Source: Candidatus Hadarchaeota archaeon
Lineage (GTDB): Archaea > CAYQAE01 > CAYVLA01
Assembly (NCBI GenBank): GCA_964621445.1
Contig: CAZUNO010000001.1
Coordinates: forward strand, 1 to 40,395
Length of the DNA: 40,395 nucleotides
Reading direction: 5' to 3'
Shown: positions 17,750 to 26,749 of the stretch, piece by piece
How positions within the stretch are numbered: position 1 is the first letter of the stretch
How the letters are laid out: each line of letters opens with the position of its first letter
Translations under genes and position numbers: made by a program
Notes under the pieces: model-generated
What the model saw: only the letters and a program-made list of their open reading frames with translations
What the model was told of the DNA's origin: nothing
The model's database searches: none

Positions 17750-18865
17750 ATGCGCGTCCTCTACGCCACGGATTCATATCATCCCCAAAATGATGGCGTG
17801 GTCAGGTATATTGATGAGACCTCGAAGAGATTGGCCACGAATCATGATGTAGGGATTCTGGCCCCGGAATTTGGGTCCCAAAACCATGAAAACGATCCGG
17901 ATTGGGTTAGGATAGACAGACTGAAGAGCGTTGGCATAAACATACATGGATACGATTTCACCTTCCCTGCCTACGGCGAGGCCAAGAAGATCGTAACCAA
18001 ATACGATATAGTTTTTCTCCAATCCATTGCCCCGCTGGGCTCAATTTCCCTGTTCGCGGCCAAACATAATAGAAAACCGATAATGGCATTCCTACACTGC
18101 ATAGAATCGGTGAGTATGGGTGCGGCCTTTGGATCGCTCTTTTCCCCATTGAAAAGGCTGATGGACTTCTACTCACGGCGTATGTATATGAAATGCGATC
18201 AACTTCTCCTCGAATCCAGGACGGTTGGTTCCGAATTGGAGGAATTGGGGGTAGATGATTACGAGAGGATGATATTCGGGATAGATCATGATAGATTTAG
18301 GCCGGATCGCGAGAGTCAATTTGATTTTGGGCTTCCAGATGACAGGCCCACGGTGTTATTTGCCGGAAGGCTAAGCTATCAGAAAGGAATAGATATCTTC
18401 GTCGACATCGTTAGAAAACTCAGGGGGAAGGTTCATTTTCTCGTGGTCGGTGATGGTCCTCAGAGAGGCTATGTCGAGGAGATGAATGTGGCTAATTTGA
18501 CCTACACGGGAGGGTTCATGGACAATATTGAGGACGCCTTTTACAGTAGTGACATGTTCCTGTTCATAGGTAATGAGTATAGAAAGGACCTGACCATGAT
18601 TTGTTATGAGGCTCTGGCAAGCGGTCTACCGGTAATAGCTCCGAATTTCGGTTATGATTCCCTGTTTGTTGATGGGAAGAATTGTGTATTGAAGGAGAGA
18701 AATGCGGATTCTCTAACCGAGGGGATTCTGGAGCTGATGGACAGGTCCAAGAGGGAGCGGATGGGTGGAAATGCATCGGAAAGCGTTAGCCATCTCACTT
18801 GGCCGAGGTACGTTGATAAACTCGAGGACCTTCTGCAGAGGACCGTGGATGACTTTTCACCCTAG
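17750..18865 (+). CDS. Glycosyltransferase family 4 (GT-B)
   Basis: MRVLYATDSYHPQNDGV, LFAGRLSYQKG, VVGDGP, YEALASGLPVI. Confidence 0.9.
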   Translation: MRVLYATDSYHPQNDGVVRYIDETSKRLATNHDVGILAPEFGSQNHENDPDWVRIDRLKSVGINIHGYDFTFPAYGEAKKIVTKYDIVFLQSIAPLGSISLFAAKHNRKPIMAFLHCIESVSMGAAFGSLFSPLKRLMDFYSRRMYMKCDQLLLESRTVGSELEELGVDDYERMIFGIDHDRFRPDRESQFDFGLPDDRPTVLFAGRLSYQKGIDIFVDIVRKLRGKVHFLVVGDGPQRGYVEEMNVANLTYTGGFMDNIEDAFYSSDMFLFIGNEYRKDLTMICYEALASGLPVIAPNFGYDSLFVDGKNCVLKERNADSLTEGILELMDRSKRERMGGNASESVSHLTWPRYVDKLEDLLQRTVDDFSP

Positions 18866-19532
18866 TCCCTTGGCCGACTTTTTCGACGCTTGCTAGCACA
18901 AGGTCATGGGATTTTTTGGAGGATACCAGATCCAGATGGCGAAGGCCGTGGCAATCTAGATGGCTCATATACCAGGAATATTTGAGGGAGAACCCAAGCG
19001 AGGCCCAGCCCCTGTAACAGCTGAAAACCAGTATTCCGTTCCTCTTTAGGACCCTTCTCAATTCTCCCAATATCAGCTCCGGCCTGGAGAGGGTCTCCAG
19101 TACCCCGAGGCAGAAGACGACGTCGAAGTGACTACTCGGGAATGGAAGGCCCTTACGGACGTCAACCACCGTGAAGTTAGGCTTATTTTCGGTTTTTATC
19201 CTTTTCAATTTTCTCTCTGCATGTTCTATCATCCTGGGAGACCAATCTATACCCCATATTTGGCCCTTGAAATCTTGATTGGAGACAAGGTATAGGGGAA
19301 ATGAACCGGTTGCCGTCCCAACATCGAGGACCGTTTCATTCCCAGTCAGCTGAAGTCCATTCACCATGTCAACCCATCTCTCATGTTCACGAGAGGATGA
19401 GAATATGGCGGGGCCTAATCGGTCATATATGAGGAATGAAACCTTCTTTCCGAAGTAGCGGCCATCCGTTGCCACCACGAAAACCGCTATTATTCCGGCC
19501 ATTCCTAGGCATACAAGGCTTGTCCAGAACAT
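18795..19532 (-). CDS. Class I SAM-dependent methyltransferase with N-terminal membrane anchor
   Basis: VLDVGTATG, GIDWSPRM, LPFPSSHFDVV, ELRRVLKRNG; hydrophobic N terminus. Confidence 0.85.
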   Translation of the reverse strand: MFWTSLVCLGMAGIIAVFVVATDGRYFGKKVSFLIYDRLGPAIFSSSREHERWVDMVNGLQLTGNETVLDVGTATGSFPLYLVSNQDFKGQIWGIDWSPRMIEHAERKLKRIKTENKPNFTVVDVRKGLPFPSSHFDVVFCLGVLETLSRPELILGELRRVLKRNGILVFSCYRGWASLGFSLKYSWYMSHLDCHGLRHLDLVSSKKSHDLVLASVEKVGQGTRVKSHPRSSAEGPRVYQRTSAK

Positions 19533-19599
19533 ATGCAGCCAACTCGATTAGGGTTTGGAGGGGAAAAGTAATCAACGGCCCTTAACAATCTTCTCGGTC

Positions 19600-20505
19600 A
19601 TGAAGGTAACTTTATTGGGAACTTCTTGTGGTGTCCCGACAAGGGAAAGGGGGTTGCCCTCCGTGTTGATTAAGAGGAACGGGGACGCCATGCTCTTCGA
19701 CTGCGGGGAGGGTACCCAGCGACAGATGATGAGATTTGGCGTCAGCTTTATGAAAATTGATAGGGTCTTTGTGACGCACTTCCATGGTGATCATTATTTG
19801 GGACTTTTCGGCCTGATACAAAGCATGTCGTTCTTTGGAAGGGAGGAGGATCTTGATATCTACGGGCCTAGAGGAATGATAGAGATATGTGAAACCATCG
19901 CGGAAATCGGTAACTTCATGCCCGGTTTCGAGGTGGTGGGGCATGATATATCTTCAGGCCACAATGTAGAAGGTTCTGGTTTTGAAGTTTCGGCGGCCAA
20001 GGTAAGGCATTCCGTGCCCACTCTTGCCTATGTAATTCAGGAGGAGGAACGTCCGGGAAAGTTCGATATCGATAAGGCTAAATCGATAGGAATACCCGAG
20101 GGAGCTCTCTATAAAGAACTTCAAAATGGAAAGGAGATACAATGGGAAGGCAAGGTGGTAAGGCCCCGGGAGGTCATCGGGCCACCGAGACCAGGTAGGA
20201 AGGTGGTGTATATCGGAGATGCCCTTCCCACAAATGAGATGGTTTCCACGGCACGGGATTCAGATCTGATGATTTGTGAGGCTACCTTTTGCCAGGAACT
20301 AGCGGATAGAGCCCTCGAGACGGGACATTCAACGGTAAAACAGGTATGCGATGTAGCCCGCAAGGCATCGGTGAGAAAACTCGTTTTGACCCATTTCTCC
20401 CCCCGATATGATATTGAGGACGTAAGGGAGGAGGTATCCTTCGATAAAACGATAATCGCCAGCGATGGTCTGGAGATAAAGGTTCCATACCGGTATAATG
20501 TTTAG
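19600..20505 (+). CDS. rnz: Ribonuclease Z
   Basis: LLGTSCGVPT, LFDCGEGTQRQ, THFHGDH, exosite GIPEG, EATF, GHST, LTHFSPRY; likely ATG 19600. Confidence 0.95.
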   Translation: MKVTLLGTSCGVPTRERGLPSVLIKRNGDAMLFDCGEGTQRQMMRFGVSFMKIDRVFVTHFHGDHYLGLFGLIQSMSFFGREEDLDIYGPRGMIEICETIAEIGNFMPGFEVVGHDISSGHNVEGSGFEVSAAKVRHSVPTLAYVIQEEERPGKFDIDKAKSIGIPEGALYKELQNGKEIQWEGKVVRPREVIGPPRPGRKVVYIGDALPTNEMVSTARDSDLMICEATFCQELADRALETGHSTVKQVCDVARKASVRKLVLTHFSPRYDIEDVREEVSFDKTIIASDGLEIKVPYRYNV

Positions 20506-21314
20506 GATTTCATATAGGAATCCAGTAAATCCTCGTTTGAGTTCTCGGAGATGTACACTTTTCCCTGGCTGGATTCGGCCATATCGGACTTGAAGACACC
20601 GTAGGTCCCTTGGGCAGGACCTGATGGTATCTGGAGGTTTCTTTCCAGTTTTTCATAGGATGCTCCCGGTATCAGTGATCCAACGCTCCCCTCAATCACC
20701 AATTTTCCCCCGGTCATCCCCGCCGAGGGTCTCTGTTGGCAGCTCCCGCCTACATGTATCAAACCACCCGACTGATTCACGCCGGAAAAATCCATGCAAT
20801 CGCCCCTGACCGTGATTTCACCGCCGCTCATCCTGCATCCGATTTCATTTCCAGCGTTCCCCTCGATCTCTATGCTTCCGCCTCTCATTCCATACTTGCT
20901 TCCCCGGTAGGCCCCGCCAATATAGTGTCCGGCATCCCCCCCGATCGATATGGAGCCATCAACCATTTCACATCCACACCAGGAGTCCACATTCCGGTTC
21001 ACCCTTATGCTTCCCCCCTTCATCCCGTTGCCTAGATGCATTCCGGCACCGCCATCTATCAGCATCGATCCCCCGGACATTCCCTGCCCGATTCTCTTGA
21101 TTCTGGATGTATCACCCAGTATTTCTATGTCCCAGTTGCTCTGATGTCCTTCCTGAATTTCAAATACCTGTCCCAGCTTCAGTTTCCTCCTACCCGTCCA
21201 TAGCTTTATTTCCGATATCTCCTGGTTAGTTCTATCCGCAATTTTTTGGGGGGTAATGGCGGGTGCCTCAATTCCGACGGCTGGTACATGCTTAACCTTG
21301 AGTAAGATGGTCAA
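20502..21314 (-). CDS. fwdC: Formylmethanofuran dehydrogenase subunit C
   Basis: GXGXG beta-helix repeats (IGQGMSGG, LGNGMKGG, GGAYRGSKYGMRGG); TTGA overlap with fwdA. Confidence 0.93.
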   Translation of the reverse strand: MTILLKVKHVPAVGIEAPAITPQKIADRTNQEISEIKLWTGRRKLKLGQVFEIQEGHQSNWDIEILGDTSRIKRIGQGMSGGSMLIDGGAGMHLGNGMKGGSIRVNRNVDSWCGCEMVDGSISIGGDAGHYIGGAYRGSKYGMRGGSIEIEGNAGNEIGCRMSGGEITVRGDCMDFSGVNQSGGLIHVGGSCQQRPSAGMTGGKLVIEGSVGSLIPGASYEKLERNLQIPSGPAQGTYGVFKSDMAESSQGKVYISENSNEDLLDSYMKS

Positions 21315-22987
21315 TTTTCCACCCCGGGTGTAAGTGGGCTGTTGCTACCCATCTGTTCTTTGGTCACCCTATAGTTATTCATTTGCACCGAGTACAGATT
21401 GAAATGATTCTCCAGCTGGGCCAGCATTTTGGGTTTAAGGTTCCCCGGCCTGCATTTGGTCCAGTAGGTCGTCCCCGGTGGAGTATCAACTATTTTACCT
21501 TCCTTAACCACGATATTCCCGCTCTTAACAACGAGAGCGGCATTTTCAAGTCTCTTCTGAATGCCCTTCTTCACACCTGGCTGGATATCATAAACCGCTA
21601 TATCTGCGTCTGCACCTGGACCAAGGTGCCCCTTATTTTCCAGGCCAAGTGCCTTTGCAGTCTGTGACCGGGTGATTGTAGCGATCTGGTAGAGATCAAA
21701 CTCCCTATCCATGGATGGAAGAGCACTTTTTTTGGCTACCTTATGTGATCTTGAAAGGGCATTTTCCCTGTACTTACTATCCATGAGGAGTCGAATAAGA
21801 TGGGGATACCTGTAGAATGGGCCGGCGTTTGGACTGTCCGTGGAGAGGAATAGCTTTTCTGGCTTAGCGGTCAGAAGCAGTTCCAGGCCGGTGCACCACT
21901 GGACGGTGGATACGGCATTCTTCCGGGAGTAGAAGTGGGGGACGATACCAGCACCGGTCTCTGCTTCCACATCGGCGTTGGTCCATTTGGCATGGGTCAA
22001 TCTCTGAAGGTCGTACTCAAATGGCGCATCCGCGGTCATGGTCGTGGCCCATCCGAAGATTACTGCTCCAGCATCCGCGGTTACGTTCTCCCGCCGGTTA
22101 AGCGATTTCGCCACATCCCGAGCCATGGATGAAAAATTGCGCCAGCTGTCTCCACCGTAGGAATGGAATTGGAGGTGGACCAGATGCATGACCTGGTCCC
22201 TGGTCGTACTGGATTGGTGTCCTGAAGCGAGGTCCATGGTATCCAGGGTGGTCGAATAATTGCCGGGTACTCCCAAGCGGTTAGTGTGTAGATGTATCGA
22301 CGTGGGTAGCGTCAATTCCTCATTTATTCTCTCTAAACCCTTGATGATTTCCGAGGGAGTGATATCAAATCTGGGCACCTTGTCATGGAGCCCGTGCACG
22401 TTTTTCCCCCAGCCCCAGGCCTCCGTTCCTCCGGGGTTGACCAATTTAAGACCGTACCCCTTGGTCGATTCCAGAAGCCACTTAACATATTCCGCGGCCA
22501 GATCCATTTCCTGGTCGGCAAGATAGTTCATAATCAACCAATTATTCCCGGTCAGTATCATGGCCGCTTTATCGAGAATGGGGATTGAGGCAAGCTCTTC
22601 ATGAGTATGTTTGGCCTTCAAGGGGGGGACCGCACCTTCAACTACTGTTGTGTACCCCATACGGGCGTAGGTATATCCTATTTGGTAGACGTTTGGAACC
22701 GTGTCTCCCGTGGCGCATCTCCTCTTTTCACCTCTAGGGGTGCCCTTCCTTCTCACATCTTCAGGTCTCATTATGCGCCCGGCGTTCATCTTGGAACCGG
22801 TTATATGGGTGTGGATATCGACCCCTCCTGGCATGACTACCATTCCTTTCAGGTCGATCTTCTTTGCATGGGTGGAAACCTTCTCCACTATCTTACCATC
22901 CCTAACGCAGATGTCCATATTCTCGCCATTAATCCGGTTCTTGGGATCGTAGAGCTTTCCATTAGCTAGCAATATCTCTTGGCTCAT
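21311..22987 (-). CDS. fwdA: Formylmethanofuran dehydrogenase subunit A (amidohydrolase)
   Basis: PGGVDIHTHI, YARMGYTT, GLKLVNPGG, IHLH, HLQFHSYGG, STDSPNAG, GADADIAVY. Confidence 0.95.
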   Translation of the reverse strand: MSQEILLANGKLYDPKNRINGENMDICVRDGKIVEKVSTHAKKIDLKGMVVMPGGVDIHTHITGSKMNAGRIMRPEDVRRKGTPRGEKRRCATGDTVPNVYQIGYTYARMGYTTVVEGAVPPLKAKHTHEELASIPILDKAAMILTGNNWLIMNYLADQEMDLAAEYVKWLLESTKGYGLKLVNPGGTEAWGWGKNVHGLHDKVPRFDITPSEIIKGLERINEELTLPTSIHLHTNRLGVPGNYSTTLDTMDLASGHQSSTTRDQVMHLVHLQFHSYGGDSWRNFSSMARDVAKSLNRRENVTADAGAVIFGWATTMTADAPFEYDLQRLTHAKWTNADVEAETGAGIVPHFYSRKNAVSTVQWCTGLELLLTAKPEKLFLSTDSPNAGPFYRYPHLIRLLMDSKYRENALSRSHKVAKKSALPSMDREFDLYQIATITRSQTAKALGLENKGHLGPGADADIAVYDIQPGVKKGIQKRLENAALVVKSGNIVVKEGKIVDTPPGTTYWTKCRPGNLKPKMLAQLENHFNLYSVQMNNYRVTKEQMGSNSPLTPGVEN

Positions 22988-24306
22988 GATCGACAGGAGA
23001 CCTCCAATTTCTTGGTAAGTTCCTTCAGCACTTCCTCATCGGTAATCAGTCCCTGCGGAGGGTCCACCACCCTCTTCAAAGGGAGGGGAACTCCATCCAT
23101 TCGATATGCAGTTCCCGGTGCCTCAATTCCGGCAACCGCTGTGGGAATTACCACATCCGAGGATTCCGAGGTAATGCTTTGAAATGGATCTATGGTAATG
23201 GTGGGCATATCTTGTATCCGTGATGCGGACTCGAAGGGTAGATGTGCAACTGGATCGGCGGCGATAACCAGCATGGCATCGATTTCCTGGTTTCTTATTA
23301 GGTCCACTCCGGATGTCTCCCCGGGATTGTACCTTGGCACCCCCCGGCAGAAATCGACCGAAAAGGGGTAGCCGGTTTCCCAGGCACAGACCTCGTTAAA
23401 GCCAGTCACGTTGTAATGTCCTCTCATAGCCGAGATAACCCATTTGGTGTGCTGGTTCAGATCCTGCACCAGCTTCAGGGCGCTCTCTACGTTTCGGTTC
23501 CTTCCCCTAGTCATGGTCAGTCCGAGTCCAAAGAAAAACGCTCCGAACTTGGCCGATTTCATCTCCTCGACCAGATCCTCCAGGATTTCGGTGGGGATCC
23601 CCGAAATCTCGGAAGCGAATACCTTCTTCCCCTTGAGGAGAACTCTCAGGGCGTTTAGAATTTCATAATCCCCACCGACATCCGGTTGCAGGTGCTTATC
23701 GGCTATTCTGGAGGTGGTTGTACAACGGGGGTCAACAACCAATATGTTTCTCCGTGATCTCCCACTTATAAAGGATCCTCGAGGAAAAACGGTATACCGG
23801 CTTATATGCCTTGGGTGGGCGTGGAATGGATTGCATCCCCAGTAGATAATGAAATCGGCCCTGTTCTTTACAGTTCCCAGGGTTGCGGTCACATATCCCG
23901 TTTCCTGGATACCCAAGGTGCCCGGCCCGTGACATGTGGAGGATGTATCGTCAATAGAGCCACCGAGGACCTCGGCAAGCTTAACCCCGGCTTTCTGGGC
24001 CTCACATGAGGTATTTGCCCATCCGTAGAGAAGAGGGTGATCCGCATTTTCCAGTATATGCAATGCTTCTTCCATTGCTTGCCCATAGCTTACCTTCTTC
24101 CTGTCTTTCCCTTTTCCTATCGTAGGATATAGATTTCGGTTATCTCTACGCTTGACCTCGCTGAACCGGGATTGGGCTAGGGCACAGCCGTTATAGATTT
24201 CCTTTATTCCACCTTCCTCCGTTACCACCCTGATGTCATCACAGAGGCATCCACAAAATGGGCAGGTTACGTCCTCGAGTACTCTGGTCGTTCCCAATTC
24301 AATCAC
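22984..24306 (-). CDS. fwdB: Formylmethanofuran dehydrogenase subunit B (Mo/W-bisPGD, Cys form)
   Basis: CPFCGCLCDD...GC, STCHGP, VKNRAD...WGCNP.HAHPRH, MRGHYNV, GTAYRMDGVP; start GTG 24306 or TTG 24297. Confidence 0.95.
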   Translation of the reverse strand: MIELGTTRVLEDVTCPFCGCLCDDIRVVTEEGGIKEIYNGCALAQSRFSEVKRRDNRNLYPTIGKGKDRKKVSYGQAMEEALHILENADHPLLYGWANTSCEAQKAGVKLAEVLGGSIDDTSSTCHGPGTLGIQETGYVTATLGTVKNRADFIIYWGCNPFHAHPRHISRYTVFPRGSFISGRSRRNILVVDPRCTTTSRIADKHLQPDVGGDYEILNALRVLLKGKKVFASEISGIPTEILEDLVEEMKSAKFGAFFFGLGLTMTRGRNRNVESALKLVQDLNQHTKWVISAMRGHYNVTGFNEVCAWETGYPFSVDFCRGVPRYNPGETSGVDLIRNQEIDAMLVIAADPVAHLPFESASRIQDMPTITIDPFQSITSESSDVVIPTAVAGIEAPGTAYRMDGVPLPLKRVVDPPQGLITDEEVLKELTKKLEVSCRS

Positions 24307-24682
24307 CGGACTCCATCAGTTGTCGAGCCGTAGGTATGGGTCCTTTCGTCTTCTCTACCTCGATCTTAATACCCTTCAACCTCGGCATCCCGGTCCCCGC
24401 CGTTTCCGGGCCCATCAGGCGATTTGCCCAGGGACCGTATGGCATGTAGGCAACCCCTCTGGGCAGTTCCTCATCGGCCTCGATCGCCTTAACCAGTACT
24501 TCGCCCTTTTGGCTGCTGACCTTAACGGATTGGTCCTCTTCCAGTTCAAGATCATGGTAATCCCTGCTTCCTAATTGTATAATAGCGGCATTACCCCGGT
24601 AGTAGCGGCCAAACTTGCCGGTCATTAGAGCCCTGCCCTGATTCAATGTTCTACCGGTGATTAGTTTGAGCCTCATGGTCAT
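24299..24682 (-). CDS. fwdD: Formylmethanofuran dehydrogenase subunit D
   Basis: LITGRTLNQG, MPYGPWAN, TAGTGMPRLKG; start ATG 24682 or 24676. Confidence 0.93.
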   Translation of the reverse strand: MTMRLKLITGRTLNQGRALMTGKFGRYYRGNAAIIQLGSRDYHDLELEEDQSVKVSSQKGEVLVKAIEADEELPRGVAYMPYGPWANRLMGPETAGTGMPRLKGIKIEVEKTKGPIPTARQLMESGD

Positions 24683-24915
24683 TCCTCCAGGCTTATAGCG
24701 AGTCCGGGACACGCATCGGCGCACCTGCCGCAGAACTCACACTCGTCAATGTTATTCACCTTGGCAATTCCGTTTCTAACCAGGATTATCATCTGCTCAT
24801 GAAAAGGGTCCTTACCATATGCTGCACTCGATGATAACCTATGGGCTACGGGGCAGACAACTATGCAGGAGCAGCACCCGTGACATCTTCTGGGGTCTAT
24901 CACTAACCGAGTCAG
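24679..24915 (-). CDS. fwdG: 2x[4Fe-4S] ferredoxin subunit FwdG
   Basis: CHGCCSCIVVCP and CEFCGRCADACP; position upstream of fwdD; start CTG 24915 or GTG 24903. Confidence 0.82.
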   Translation of the reverse strand: MTRLVIDPRRCHGCCSCIVVCPVAHRLSSSAAYGKDPFHEQMIILVRNGIAKVNNIDECEFCGRCADACPGLAISLEE

Positions 24916-25808
24916 TCGGAATCCTCCAGGTCCTTCAATTTCAGTTTGAACTTCCCTAGTTTGCCTCCGAAATTACCGGCCGATATCCGTTCAATTCCCG
25001 CATCCTTTGCGGCTTTTACCCCGGTCTGCATGGCCTTGCGCACCGCTTGCAGGCTAGTCCCATTTATGACGATTTCCATGATAGAGTCCACATTTTTGGG
25101 AACCTTTGAAGAGGGTACTTTGTCGGTGAGGGTTGGGCAATAAAGGTGGTTGGTTGAGTTGGCAAGGAAACCATATCGCTCTGCACCTACCTTGGAACCA
25201 GAGCTGCAGATACCCCCCGGAAAGGGAGTTATGGCTCCCTCCACCTCGCTTATGGCCTTTACGGATCGTTTGGCAGCGTTAATGGCCTTCCCCTGCGTCC
25301 TACCCATCAACCAGAGGTTCCCCCCGGAAATGCCCTTGGACATCCCGGCCTCGTTCTCGACCATAAATTCTCCGCCCATAATCGGTATGACCGCCATTTT
25401 CCTGTCCCATATTTCCGTCTCCTTCTCAAAACCATCTCCGAAATACTTCAGTTTGGATCCCAGGTCCACTCGAGTGAACGGGTTGGGCGTGGCATCGAAG
25501 ACGGCGGTAGTTGGAGCTGTGAGGACGCAGTGGCCTATTCGTTCCAGCAACACCTCATACATCTTTTTCTTCTTCTTGCTCCATATGTGAAATTGAATCA
25601 ACACGCCGGGCCTAGAGTCAGGGGTTTCCTTCTCCTTGACCTGGCAATCTATTCCAGCCTCCACACCACAACCCAGGGCCGAGGTGGCAAAGCCGGTGGC
25701 ACATTCCGCTGCGGTCTTGGCCAGAGATATATCGTCAGCGGTGATCAAGAGGCGGGAATAATAGGAACGGAATGCCTCGGCAAATGTGTCCTCAATGATA
25801 TCTTCCAT
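24912..25808 (-). CDS. ftr: Formylmethanofuran:tetrahydromethanopterin formyltransferase
   Basis: IEDTFAEAF, ATGFATS..GC.EAGID, TPDSRPG, RIGHCVLTAPTT, YFGDG, PFPGGICSSGSK, ISAGNFGGKLG. Confidence 0.96.
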   Translation of the reverse strand: MEDIIEDTFAEAFRSYYSRLLITADDISLAKTAAECATGFATSALGCGVEAGIDCQVKEKETPDSRPGVLIQFHIWSKKKKKMYEVLLERIGHCVLTAPTTAVFDATPNPFTRVDLGSKLKYFGDGFEKETEIWDRKMAVIPIMGGEFMVENEAGMSKGISGGNLWLMGRTQGKAINAAKRSVKAISEVEGAITPFPGGICSSGSKVGAERYGFLANSTNHLYCPTLTDKVPSSKVPKNVDSIMEIVINGTSLQAVRKAMQTGVKAAKDAGIERISAGNFGGKLGKFKLKLKDLEDSD

Positions 25809-25810
25809 AG

Positions 25811-26641
25811 CTAATCCTCCGTTGGCTTTTGATATAGAGAGGTTTTCCTCATCGTTTTCCCCTTATTTGTGTGTGGGGTTCTCAGCAGACTGTCTCTCTG
25901 CTTTTCGAGTTCCCTTGCCTCATCGGCAAGGGATGCTCCTGCCCTGACTGCCTCGTGGGCACAGGCGGCAAGCCGGATGTATTTCTCCCGCTTGGACTCC
26001 ACGAAACATGCTTTGTAGTTAATCTCCGCCGCATCTTGCGCTAAACGGAAGGCTGCAGCGGCCTTGGCTCTTGCATATGGATTGCTGAATCCGGCGTGAG
26101 AGAGGGAAACCGAGGAGGAGATCACCTTATGGGGAAGGTAAATTTCATCACCGTCCAGGGAGGATATTACCTTGTCCAGCTCACTCTGAACTGCTCTGAA
26201 TGATCCGGCAACGGAGAGTATCTTAATCACATCGGAGTTGAATACCGCCATTTCGGTTGGGTCCAGGAATTCCCTTCTGGCACCGATCAGGGGGTCTCCC
26301 TCCATTATCAGATATCCGGCACCCTCTTTTTTCAGCTTCTTCATGGCTCTCCTGGAGGGCCCGTCGCTGATAACCATCCAGGGGATTATACCTGACTGCA
26401 GTATCTTCCGAATCTTGACCATTCCCGGTGCGGCCACATTTGGACCGCATAGAACCACCAGCTCATGGTCGATGGTGGACATCAAGTTTGCGATCCTCTT
26501 TGTCTCCTGGGGCGTCATCTTGGGACCAGAGCCCAGGGTAGTTATCCTGAGGCCCTTCCTCGACGCCGTTTCATCGAGGAGAAGATCTACCATGGTTGAT
26601 GTGGCTATGTTGCCGCACTTGGTCACAAGTATATGAACCAT
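25811..26641 (-). CDS. mtd: F420-dependent methylene-H4MPT dehydrogenase
   Basis: KCGNIATS...LLLDE, GSGPKM, ISDGP, DPLIGARREFLDPTEMAVFNSD, FSNPYARAKA, ARELEK...RTPH; likely ATG 26641. Confidence 0.94.
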   Translation of the reverse strand: MVHILVTKCGNIATSTMVDLLLDETASRKGLRITTLGSGPKMTPQETKRIANLMSTIDHELVVLCGPNVAAPGMVKIRKILQSGIIPWMVISDGPSRRAMKKLKKEGAGYLIMEGDPLIGARREFLDPTEMAVFNSDVIKILSVAGSFRAVQSELDKVISSLDGDEIYLPHKVISSSVSLSHAGFSNPYARAKAAAAFRLAQDAAEINYKACFVESKREKYIRLAACAHEAVRAGASLADEARELEKQRDSLLRTPHTNKGKTMRKTSLYQKPTED

Positions 26642-26749
26642 CTTATCCTGAAAAAAGGTGTCTTGGGACAATTAAAGGTATTCTCAAACCTGGGCCTTCC
26701 TCCATTTCTAGGAAAAAAGTATTAATCGGCTAGACCATCGGCGCTTGGA

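Noticed and set aside
22984-24306. Selenocysteine-containing FwdB
   Set aside because: The ligand codon is TGT (STCHGP); no in-frame TGA and no SECIS-like element noticed
20502-25808. Methylotroph-type Fhc formyltransferase/hydrolase complex
   Set aside because: Subunit B retains Fe-S and metal-ligand cysteines, and FwdD and FwdG are present
20502-26641. Proof that the organism is a methanogen
   Set aside because: No mcr or mtr genes in the window; these enzymes also occur in non-methanogenic archaea
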